Positions 10,027 through 18,318 of a stretch of 64,000 nt of DNA are shown one piece after another. The notes below the pieces were generated by a model. It searched no databases. It was not told the origin of the DNA and was given only the letters and a program-made list of their open reading frames with translations. The first letter of the stretch is position 1, and each line of letters starts with the position of its first letter. This stretch comes from an uncultured bacterium (lineage in GTDB: Bacteria > Desulfobacterota > Deferrimicrobia > Deferrimicrobiales > Deferrimicrobiaceae): assembly GCA_963741515.1 (NCBI GenBank), contig CAVUIA010000006.1, positions 80,630 through 144,629 on the forward strand, in the 5' to 3' direction. Both the position numbers and the translations under genes were made by a program.

Positions 10027-11040
10027 ATGATCATCGTACTCCGGGCCGACGCCACCGAGGGGGACGTTCGGCAGATCGAGGAGACGCTGCGCGCGAGAGG
10101 CTTGAGCGCCCACATTTCGCGCGGCGTGGAGCGGACCATCATCGGGGCGATCGGCGACGAACGGAAGCTCGATCCGGAGCTGTTCGAGGGGCTGCCCGCC
10201 GTCGAAAAGGTCCTCCGGATCCTCTCGCCCTTCAAGCTCGTCAGCCGGGAGTTCCAGAAAGAGGACACCGTCATCGACGTGAACGGCAAGACGATCGGCG
10301 GCAAGGCGATCGCCCTCTTCGCCGGCCCCTGCTCCGTCGAGGGGAAGGACATGATGGTGGACATCGGGGGGAGCGTCGCGGCCTGCGGGGCGACCTTCCT
10401 CCGCGGCGGGGCGTTCAAGCCCCGCACGTCGCCGTACGCCTTCCAGGGGCTCGGGGAGGAGGGCTTGAAGCACCTCGCCGAGGCGAGGGAGCGGACCGGG
10501 CTGCCCGTGGCCACGGAGCTCATGGATCCCAGGGACCTGGAGCTTGTGGCCCGCTATGCCGACATCATACAGATCGGCGCGAGGAACATGCAGAACTTCC
10601 GCCTGCTCACCGAGGTCGGGCGGCTCGACAAGCCGGTGATCCTGAAGCGCGGGATGAGCGCCACGATCCAGGAGCTTCTGATGTCGGCCGAATACATCGC
10701 TTCCGAGGGGAACCGGAAGATCATCCTCTGCGAGCGCGGCATCCGGACCTACGAGACGGCCACGCGGAACACGTTCGACGTTTCGGCGTTCCCCGTGCTG
10801 AAGGCGCTGACCCACCTGCCCGTGATCGCCGACCCGAGCCATGCGGCCGGCAAGGCGTCGCTTGTGGAGCCGCTGTCCGCCGCCGCCATCGCCGCGGGCG
10901 CGGACGGGCTGATGATCGAGGTGCACAACCATCCCGAGAAGGCCCTCTCCGACGGCCCGCAGTCGCTCCGTCCGGAAACGTTCGGGAAGGTGATCGGCCG
11001 GCTCCGGAGGGTCGCCGAGGCCGTGGGAAGGACCCTTTAG
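10027..11040 (+). CDS. aroF: 3-deoxy-7-phosphoheptulonate (DAHP) synthase, type I-beta with N-terminal ferredoxin-like regulatory domain
   Basis: 337 aa. It has the KDO8PS-like core 'GPCSVEG', '[13 protein letters not shown]', 'ILKRG' and 'LCERGIRT'. The ~70-aa N-terminal extension matches Thermotoga-type enzymes. Confidence 0.85.
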   Translation: MIIVLRADATEGDVRQIEETLRARGLSAHISRGVERTIIGAIGDERKLDPELFEGLPAVEKVLRILSPFKLVSREFQKEDTVIDVNGKTIGGKAIALFAGPCSVEGKDMMVDIGGSVAACGATFLRGGAFKPRTSPYAFQGLGEEGLKHLAEARERTGLPVATELMDPRDLELVARYADIIQIGARNMQNFRLLTEVGRLDKPVILKRGMSATIQELLMSAEYIASEGNRKIILCERGIRTYETATRNTFDVSAFPVLKALTHLPVIADPSHAAGKASLVEPLSAAAIAAGADGLMIEVHNHPEKALSDGPQSLRPETFGKVIGRLRRVAEAVGRTL

Positions 11041-11070
11041 TGCGCCCTTCCGGGAGGAAACGGTAGCCCC

Positions 11071-11925
11071 GTGCCGCGCGAACGGCTGGGAATCCTCGGC
11101 CTGGGGCTGATCGGCGGCTCCCTGGCCCTGTCGCTCAAGGGGAAGCGCGGCGCCCCCGAGGTCTGGGGGTGCGACCGGAACCGGGAGAACGTGCGCCAGG
11201 CGCTCGCGGCGGGCGCGATCGCCCGCGGCTGCACCCGGAACGAGCTCTCCGGCTGCGACATCGTCGTCGTGTGCATCCCCGTCCAGGCGTCCCTTCCGGC
11301 CATCCGCTCGCTCGGCGGACGGATGCGCCCGGGATCGGTCCTGACCGACGCGGGGAGCGTGAAGGCCGACGTCGTGCGGGAAGGGGAGCGCTCCGCGGGC
11401 AAGGGGGTCTCCTTCGTCGGCGGCCACCCCATCGCGGGGACGGAAAACGCGGGGTTCCCCGCCGCCGACCCGTCCCTTTTCCGGGGGCGGTCCTTCATCG
11501 CGACGCCCACCCGCAGGACGAAGGAGGAGGCGCTGCGGCGGGTGGAGCGGCTCTGGCGGCTCGCCGGCTCGAAGGTCGCGATCCGGATGGACCCGAAGGT
11601 CCACGACCACGTCTTCGCCTACGTTTCCCATCTTCCCCACGTGGTGGCGTACGCCCTCGTGCACTCCGTGGCGACGCTTCCCTCCCGCGTGCCGCTCGGC
11701 TACTCCGCGGGGGGGTTCCGCGATTTCACCCGGATCGCGTCGAGCAACCCGGAAATGTGGAAGGACATCGTCCTGCAGAACCGGGCCGAGGTGCTGCGCG
11801 CCGTCGACCACTACCGGAGAAACCTGGAGCTCCTCGGACGCCGGATCGCCGAATCCGACGCGGCGGGCCTCCGCAGATATTTCGCGCGGGCGAAGAAGAC
11901 CCGCGACGGTCTGGAGGCGTCTTGA
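11071..11925 (+). CDS. tyrA: prephenate dehydrogenase
   Basis: 284 aa. It has an N-terminal 'LGILGLGLIGGSLA' Rossmann motif, 'GGHPIAGTE' and 'SHLPHVVA', and sits between aroF and aroA. Confidence 0.8.
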   Translation: MPRERLGILGLGLIGGSLALSLKGKRGAPEVWGCDRNRENVRQALAAGAIARGCTRNELSGCDIVVVCIPVQASLPAIRSLGGRMRPGSVLTDAGSVKADVVREGERSAGKGVSFVGGHPIAGTENAGFPAADPSLFRGRSFIATPTRRTKEEALRRVERLWRLAGSKVAIRMDPKVHDHVFAYVSHLPHVVAYALVHSVATLPSRVPLGYSAGGFRDFTRIASSNPEMWKDIVLQNRAEVLRAVDHYRRNLELLGRRIAESDAAGLRRYFARAKKTRDGLEAS

Positions 11926-13199
11926 GCCGGAGACCGACGGTCCGCGGAGAGGTCGCCGTTCCCGGCGACAAGTCGATCAGCCACCGGGCGGTCCTGTTCG
12001 CGGCCCTGGCCGACGGGGAGAGCCGCGTTCGGGGGTTCCTCGACGCGGAGGACACGAACCGCACCGTCTCCATGATGCGGGCGCTCGGGACCCCCGTCGA
12101 ACGGGTGTCTCCCACGGAACTGCGGATCGGCGGGGTGGGCTTGAGGGGCTTTTCCGAGCCCCCGGACGTGATCGACGCGGGGAATTCCGGCACCACGATC
12201 CGAATCGGATCCGGCCTCCTGGCGGCCCAGCCGTTCCTCACCGTCGTCACCGGGGACCCGTATCTGCGCCGCCGCCCCATGGCCCGCGTGGTCGGTCCCT
12301 TGACGCTGATGGGCGCGTCGATCTGGGGACGGGAAGGGGACCGGTTCCCGCCCCTCTGCATCCGGGGCGGGGCCTTGAAAGGGATCCGCTACGAGATGCC
12401 GGTGGCCTCCGCGCAGGTCAAGTCGGCCCTGCTGCTGGCGGGGCTGTACGCCGATTCCCCGGTGACCGTGGCGGAGCCGCTTCCGACGCGGGACCACACG
12501 GAGCGGATGCTGTCCGCGATGGGGGCCGCGCTATCGATGGAGGGGACCGCGGTCACGGTGCATCCCGCCGGGCGGCTCGATCCCGTGGACCGGGTCGTGC
12601 CCGGCGACATCTCGTCCGCCGCCTTCTTCCTCGTCCTCGCCGCCGTCACGCCCGGCTCGGAGCTGGCGGTCCGCAACGTCGGGGTGAACCCGTTCCGCAC
12701 GGGGGTGGTGGACGTGCTTCGCCGCATGGGGGCGGAGATCCTCTACGAGAACGAGCGCATCGAATGCGGGGAGCCGGTGGCCGACATCGTCGTCCGGGGA
12801 AGGGAGCTCGCCTGCGTCCGGATCTCCCCCGAAGAAGTCCCGGGATTGATCGACGAGGTCCCGATCTTAAGCGTCGCCGCCGCGTTCGCGGAAGGGCGGA
12901 CGGAGATCCGGGGCGCCGGCGAGCTGCGGGTGAAGGAGTCGGACCGCATCGGGGCGATGGTGGGCAACCTTTCCGCCCTGGGGGTTTCCTGCGGGGAGTA
13001 CCCGGACGGGCTCTGGGTGGAAGGTCCGTCCCCGATCCGAGCCGATGTCGCGTGCGGAAGCCGGGGCGACCACCGGGTCGCCATGTCGATGCTGGTCCTC
13101 GGGAAAGCGGCCGGAAGGACCCTCGCGGTAGACGACACGGCGTGCATCGACACGTCTTTCCCCGGGTTCAGGACGCTGCTCGAAGGGTTGTCCTCATGA
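11922..13199 (+). CDS. aroA: 3-phosphoshikimate 1-carboxyvinyltransferase (EPSP synthase)
   Basis: The TTG start overlaps the tyrA stop. 'VPGDKSISHRAVLFAALA', 'DAGNSGTTIR' and 'LRVKESDRI' are EPSPS motifs. Confidence 0.9.
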   Translation: MSRRPTVRGEVAVPGDKSISHRAVLFAALADGESRVRGFLDAEDTNRTVSMMRALGTPVERVSPTELRIGGVGLRGFSEPPDVIDAGNSGTTIRIGSGLLAAQPFLTVVTGDPYLRRRPMARVVGPLTLMGASIWGREGDRFPPLCIRGGALKGIRYEMPVASAQVKSALLLAGLYADSPVTVAEPLPTRDHTERMLSAMGAALSMEGTAVTVHPAGRLDPVDRVVPGDISSAAFFLVLAAVTPGSELAVRNVGVNPFRTGVVDVLRRMGAEILYENERIECGEPVADIVVRGRELACVRISPEEVPGLIDEVPILSVAAAFAEGRTEIRGAGELRVKESDRIGAMVGNLSALGVSCGEYPDGLWVEGPSPIRADVACGSRGDHRVAMSMLVLGKAAGRTLAVDDTACIDTSFPGFRTLLEGLSS

Positions 13200-13867
13200 G
13201 GGCGCGTCCGGTGGTCACGATCGACGGCCCGTCCGGGGCCGGGAAAAGCACCGTCTCGAAGCGGCTGGCGGAGGCGGCGGGGTTCGTCCGCCTCGATACG
13301 GGCGCGATGTACCGCGCGTGCGCCCTGGCCGCGCGCCGGGCCGGGATCCCCTGGAGCGACGCGGCCCGGCTCGGGGAGCTGGCCCGGGGGATGACGCTGT
13401 CTTTCCGCGACGCCGCGGGCCGCCCGGGGGTCTACCTTGGGGGCGAGGACGTTTCCGCGGCGATCCGAACGCCGGAGATGAGCATGGGGGCGTCCGATGT
13501 GTCGGCCCACCTGCCGGTCCGCGAGGCGCTGGTGGCGATGCAGCGGGAAATGGGCCGCGACGGGGGGGTCGTCCTCGAGGGGCGGGACACGGGCACGGTC
13601 GTCTTCCCCGACGCGGAGGCGAAATTCTTCCTCGACGCGGCGGCCGCGGTGCGCGCCCTGCGGCGGTATCGGGAAACGGCGCCGGGGAAGGGGCAGCCGT
13701 TCGAGCAGGTCCTGAAGGACGTCCTGCGGCGGGACGTGCAGGACTGCACGCGGGCGCATTCGCCCCTGAAGATGGCGGAAGGGGCGGTCTACATCGACTC
13801 GACGACGCTGACGGTCGAGGAGGTCCTGAAGATCATGTTGAGAAGCGTTCCGGGATCGTCGAGATGA
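13196..13867 (+). CDS. cmk: cytidylate kinase
   Basis: The ATG overlaps the aroA stop (ATGA). 'VVTIDGPSGAGKSTVSKRLA' is the P-loop and 'LDTGAMYRA' is present. 223 aa. Confidence 0.9.
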   Translation: MRARPVVTIDGPSGAGKSTVSKRLAEAAGFVRLDTGAMYRACALAARRAGIPWSDAARLGELARGMTLSFRDAAGRPGVYLGGEDVSAAIRTPEMSMGASDVSAHLPVREALVAMQREMGRDGGVVLEGRDTGTVVFPDAEAKFFLDAAAAVRALRRYRETAPGKGQPFEQVLKDVLRRDVQDCTRAHSPLKMAEGAVYIDSTTLTVEEVLKIMLRSVPGSSR

Positions 13868-14757
13868 AGCGGATCCTCATCACCCGGAGCGCGGGTTTCT
13901 GCTTCGGCGTCAAGCGCGCCATCTCCATCGCCGACGAGACGGCCGGGAGAGCGGGGGAAGACCGGAACGGGGAGAAGGAGCCGATCCACTCGCTGGGGCC
14001 CATCATCCATAACCCCCAGGCGGTGGAACGTCTGGAAAAGAAGGGGATACGCGTCGTCGGCGGGGTGGACGAGATCACGTGCGGGAAGGCGATCATCCGG
14101 TCGCACGGGGTGACGCGCTCCGACCGGGCGGCCCTCGAAAAGAAGGAGGTCACCATCATCGACGCCACGTGCCCCTTCGTGACCAAGGCGCAGGACCACG
14201 CCCGGATACTGAGCCAGGAGGGGTACGCCGTGGTGGTCGTGGGCGACCCGAACCACCCGGAGGTCAAGAGCATCATCAGCTACATCGAGGAAGGGGTGCC
14301 CGTCTTCACCTCCCTTGCCGAGATCGGAAAAGCCAAGGGAACCCGCAAGGCGGGGGTCGTCGCCCAGACGACCCAGTCGTTCGACAACCTGATGGCGTTC
14401 GTCGCCGAGGCGATGCGGCGTTTCGCGGAGGTGCGCGTCTTCAACACCATCTGCAACGCCACCACCCTGCGGCAGGAGGAATCGACGGGGCTGGCGGGGA
14501 AGGCCGACGCGATGTTCGTCCTCGGCGGGTACAACAGCGCGAACACGCGGCGCCTGGCGGAGATCTGCTCCGCGATCAACCCGCGGACCCACCACATCGA
14601 GACGGAGGAAGAGGTGACGCGCGGGATGGTCGAGGGGGCGTCCGTGGTGGGCGTGACCGCCGGGGCGTCCACCCCGCAGTGGATCATCGACGGTCTCGTG
14701 GACCGGCTGAAAGGTTTTTGGGGGGGAGAAGAAATCGAGGTATCCTTTTACCGATAA
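13864..14757 (+). CDS. ispH: 4-hydroxy-3-methylbut-2-enyl diphosphate reductase
   Basis: The ATG overlaps the cmk stop (ATGA). 'GFCFGVKRAI', 'GPIIHNP', 'DATCPFV' and 'NTICNAT' carry the three conserved Cys of IspH. Confidence 0.9.
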   Translation: MKRILITRSAGFCFGVKRAISIADETAGRAGEDRNGEKEPIHSLGPIIHNPQAVERLEKKGIRVVGGVDEITCGKAIIRSHGVTRSDRAALEKKEVTIIDATCPFVTKAQDHARILSQEGYAVVVVGDPNHPEVKSIISYIEEGVPVFTSLAEIGKAKGTRKAGVVAQTTQSFDNLMAFVAEAMRRFAEVRVFNTICNATTLRQEESTGLAGKADAMFVLGGYNSANTRRLAEICSAINPRTHHIETEEEVTRGMVEGASVVGVTAGASTPQWIIDGLVDRLKGFWGGEEIEVSFYR

Positions 14758-14807
14758 AGAGTTACGGTATATGATATAAGTTTCGACAACAACCACAGGA
14801 GCCCGGC

Positions 14808-16568
14808 ATGGAAGACAAAAACAACAATGTAGACCTCCCGGAGGAGATGGACGCGGATTCCCAGACAGCAGGGGCTTCGGCGGGAGAGGAAGATTTCGCC
14901 AGGATGTTCGCGGCCAGCCTCGAGAGCACCGAGGAGGGCCAGGTCATACACGGCAAGGTCATCAAGGTGCTGAAGGAATACGTCGCCGTCGACATCAACA
15001 AGAAGTCCGAGGGGATGCTTCCCCTGGAAGACCTCACCGAGGAGGAGCGCGCCACCCTCACCCCCGGGTTCCCGATCGAGGTGATGACGGAAGGATACGA
15101 CCAGGCGCAGGGGTTCATCCGGCTTTCCCGCTCGAAGGTCGTCAAGATCCGCGTCTGGGACGACCTCCAGAAGATGTTCGACGACGGCACGCCCGTGCAG
15201 GGCGCCATCGTGGCGAAGGTCAAGGGCGGATACACCGTGGACATCGGCGTGAAGGCGTTCCTCCCCGGGAGCCAGGTCGACCTGCGGCCGGTCCGGGACA
15301 ACGACCCGGTCATCGGCATCCAGGGCAAGTTCAAGATCCTCAAGTTCTCGCGCAAGAAGGCCAACGTGGTCGTCTCCCGCAGGGCATTCCTCGAGGAGGA
15401 GCGGGACGTCCTCCGCAAGGGGATCCTCGACCATGTCCAGGAAGGCGACACGATCGAGGCCCGGGTCAAGAACATCACCGACTACGGCGTCTTCATGGAC
15501 CTGGGGGGGCTCGACGGCCTGATGCACGTGACGGACATGAGCTACGGCAAGGTCGGCCATCCGGGCGACGTGTGCAAGGTGGGGGACCTCCTGAAGGTGA
15601 AGGTCATCCGCTTCGACCGCGAGCGCGGCCGGATCTCCCTGGGCCTGAAGCAGACGAAGTCGGACCCCTGGGGCGACCTCGAGGCGCGGTACCAGCCGGG
15701 GATGCGCGTGACGGGAAAGGTCACCAACACGACCAAGTACGGCGCGTTCATCGAGGTCGAGGAGGGCGTCGAGGGCTTGCTGCACATCTCCGAAATGTCG
15801 TGGAGCAAGCGGCTCAAGGACCCTTCCGAGATCATGAAGGCGGGCGAGCAGGTCGAGGTGATCGTCCTCAAGGTCGACAAGGCGAACAAGAAGATCTCCC
15901 TGGGCTACAAGCAGATCCTCGCGAACCCATGGGACGAGCTGAAAGCCCGCCATCCCGAAGGCTCCGTGGTGGAGGGCGTGGTGAAGAACGTGGCCGACTT
16001 CGGCGTCTTCGTCGACATCGGCGAGGAGATCGACGGGCTGGTCCACGTCTCCGACCTTTCCTGGAACACGAGGATCAAGAACCCCGGGGAACTCTTCAAG
16101 AAGGGCGACCGCGTCCAGGCGAAGGTCCTGAAGGTCGACCCCGACGCCCAGAAGTTCTCCCTCGGCCTCAAGCACCTGACGGAGGACCCGTGGGCCGGGA
16201 TCGAGAAGCGGTTCAAGAAGGGCGACCTGGTGAACGGCAAGGTGACCCGCGTGGCCGATTTCGGCGCGTTCGTCGAGATCGCCGACGGGATCGAGGGGCT
16301 GGTCCACGTCTCCGAGATCTCCCGTGAGAAAGTCGAAAGCCCCGCGGCGGTCGTCAAGGCCGGCGACGATGTCGGCGCGGTGGTCCTCGGGATCGACCGG
16401 GCGAACAAGAAGGTGTCCCTGAGCATCCGCGGGTACCAGGACGCGGTGGAGCGGAAGGACACGGAATCGTACATGGAGAAGCAGCCCGACGGTCACGGCG
16501 AGAACATCGGCGCGCTCGGGGAAGCGCTTCTCGCGAAGATGAAGTCCAACGGCGAACACGGGGGCTGA
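14808..16568 (+). CDS. rpsA: 30S ribosomal protein S1 (six S1 domains)
   Basis: 586 aa with repeated S1 motifs 'DYGVFMDLGGLDGLMHVTD', 'KYGAFIEVEEGVEGLLHISE', 'DFGVFVDIGEEIDGLVHVSD' and 'DFGAFVEIADGIEGLVHVSE'. Confidence 0.95.
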   Translation: MEDKNNNVDLPEEMDADSQTAGASAGEEDFARMFAASLESTEEGQVIHGKVIKVLKEYVAVDINKKSEGMLPLEDLTEEERATLTPGFPIEVMTEGYDQAQGFIRLSRSKVVKIRVWDDLQKMFDDGTPVQGAIVAKVKGGYTVDIGVKAFLPGSQVDLRPVRDNDPVIGIQGKFKILKFSRKKANVVVSRRAFLEEERDVLRKGILDHVQEGDTIEARVKNITDYGVFMDLGGLDGLMHVTDMSYGKVGHPGDVCKVGDLLKVKVIRFDRERGRISLGLKQTKSDPWGDLEARYQPGMRVTGKVTNTTKYGAFIEVEEGVEGLLHISEMSWSKRLKDPSEIMKAGEQVEVIVLKVDKANKKISLGYKQILANPWDELKARHPEGSVVEGVVKNVADFGVFVDIGEEIDGLVHVSDLSWNTRIKNPGELFKKGDRVQAKVLKVDPDAQKFSLGLKHLTEDPWAGIEKRFKKGDLVNGKVTRVADFGAFVEIADGIEGLVHVSEISREKVESPAAVVKAGDDVGAVVLGIDRANKKVSLSIRGYQDAVERKDTESYMEKQPDGHGENIGALGEALLAKMKSNGEHGG

Positions 16569-16574
16569 CCTTCG

Positions 16575-17465
16575 ATGGAGGAAGGCGTTTCCAGGAAGAC
16601 CCCGAAGCGCCGCAGGCCGTTCCTGCGCGGGTGTCTCGTGATCGTGCTGGTCCTCGCGGCGTTCTTCCTGCTCCTGCTGGGAATCTCGCGCATGGACGGT
16701 TTTTCCCTGTCGATGGGCGGGAAAGTCGCGGTCCTCCCGATCTCGGGGATGATCGCCGATTCCGAGCAGGTCATCGAGCAGATGAAGAGGTTCGAAAAGG
16801 ACAACGCGGTGAAGGCGATCGTCCTCCGCATCAACTCTCCCGGCGGCGGCGTCGCGCCCTCCCAGGAGATATACGAGGAAGTGAGGAAGCTGAACGCGAA
16901 AAAGCCGGTCCTGACCAGCATGGGCACCATCGCGGCGTCCGGCGGTTACTACATCGCTTCGGCGACACGGAAGATATACGCCAATCCCGGCACGATGACC
17001 GGCTCCATCGGGGTCGTCATGCCGTTCATGAACGTGAAGGACCTGGTGGACAAGATCGGGCTGAAGGGGATGGCCGTGAAGAGCGGCGAATTCAAGGACA
17101 TCGGGTCGCCCCTTCGCGAGATGACGCCCGAGGACCGGCAGGTCCTGCAGTCCGTGGTCGACAACGTCCACCTGCAGTTCGTCAACGCCGTCGCGGCGGG
17201 CCGGAAACTGCCGCGGGAGGACGTGCTGAAGATCGCCGACGGACGGATCTTCACGGGAGAGCAGGCGAAGGCCCTCAAGCTGGTGGACGCGCTGGGGAAC
17301 CTGGAAGACACCGTGGCCGACGCCGCGAAAATGGGGGGAATCTCCGGGGAGCCGAAGGTCGTCACGCCTCCGAAGAGCAAGATCTCCCTGCTGGAATTCC
17401 TCCGGGAAGAAATGCGCTCCATGATCGAAGGAAAGTTGGGCGGGGATCCGCTTCAATTGAATTAA
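16575..17465 (+). CDS. sppA: signal peptide peptidase SppA, 36K type
   Basis: 296 aa with an N-terminal TM helix. 'AIVLRINSPGGGV', 'AASGGYYIA' (catalytic Ser) and 'VKSGEFKD' are present. Confidence 0.85.
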   Translation: MEEGVSRKTPKRRRPFLRGCLVIVLVLAAFFLLLLGISRMDGFSLSMGGKVAVLPISGMIADSEQVIEQMKRFEKDNAVKAIVLRINSPGGGVAPSQEIYEEVRKLNAKKPVLTSMGTIAASGGYYIASATRKIYANPGTMTGSIGVVMPFMNVKDLVDKIGLKGMAVKSGEFKDIGSPLREMTPEDRQVLQSVVDNVHLQFVNAVAAGRKLPREDVLKIADGRIFTGEQAKALKLVDALGNLEDTVADAAKMGGISGEPKVVTPPKSKISLLEFLREEMRSMIEGKLGGDPLQLN

Positions 17466-17489
17466 TCTGCAGATGACGGGGAGGGTACC

Positions 17490-17774
17490 ATGGGCATGAC
17501 CAAGAGCGACCTGGTGGAGAAGCTTTCCGAGTCGTTGACGAACCTCACCAAGAAGGAATGCGAAGTCATCGTGGACACCGTGTTCCACAACATGAAGGAC
17601 GCTCTCCAGCGCGGGGAGAAGATCGAGATCCGCGGTTTCGGAAGCTTCACCGTCCGCGTCCGCAGGGCGAAGGAAGGGCGCAACCCCAAGACCGGCGAGA
17701 AGGTGTCCATCCCCGAGAAGCGGATCCCGTTTTTCAAGGTGGGGAAGGAACTCCGGGAAATGGTCAACGGGTAA
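17490..17774 (+). CDS. ihfB: integration host factor subunit beta (HU/IHF family)
   Basis: 94 aa. 'EIRGFGSFTVRVRRAKEGRNPKTGEKVSIPEKRIPFFKVGKELR' closely parallels the E. coli IHF-beta arm region. Confidence 0.8.
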   Translation: MGMTKSDLVEKLSESLTNLTKKECEVIVDTVFHNMKDALQRGEKIEIRGFGSFTVRVRRAKEGRNPKTGEKVSIPEKRIPFFKVGKELREMVNG

Positions 17775-17783
17775 GAGCCCCCG

Positions 17784-18290
17784 ATGGATCGGGTGTTCTC
17801 CCCATGGCGGGGCGAATACATCCGGCAGGCGTTCGGGTGCGGAGGCGGGGGAGCGGGCGGCTGCATTTTCTGCGCCGGGGAGGCCGACCTGTCCAACCCG
17901 GACCGACTCCTCCTGGGATTGTACCCGCACACCGTCGCGCTCCTGAATCTCTACCCCTACAACAACGGGCACGTGCTGATCGCTCCAAGGAGGCACGTGT
18001 CCGACCTGTGCGACCTCCCGCCCGAGGAACTGCGGGAGCTGTTTTCCCTCGTCGCCCTCGGGATCCGGACGCTCCGGGAAACGTACGGCGCCGACGGGAT
18101 GAACGTGGGGATGAACCTCGGGAAGGTCGCCGGGGCCGGGATCGCGGACCATCTCCATGTCCACCTGGTCCCCCGCTGGGGCGGGGACACGAACTTCATG
18201 ACGTCGGTCCACGATACGCGGGTGCTTCCCGAATCCCTGCTGGAGACCCGCGAACGCCTGTCCCCGGCGTTCAGCCTCCTCCGACCGTAG
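17784..18290 (+). CDS. HIT (histidine triad) family nucleotide hydrolase/transferase
   Basis: 168 aa with the histidine triad 'HLHVHLVPRW' and 'PYNNGHVLIAPRRH'. Confidence 0.8.
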   Translation: MDRVFSPWRGEYIRQAFGCGGGGAGGCIFCAGEADLSNPDRLLLGLYPHTVALLNLYPYNNGHVLIAPRRHVSDLCDLPPEELRELFSLVALGIRTLRETYGADGMNVGMNLGKVAGAGIADHLHVHLVPRWGGDTNFMTSVHDTRVLPESLLETRERLSPAFSLLRP

Positions 18291-18318
18291 AAATCACAGC
18301 TTCGCGGCCCCATAACCG

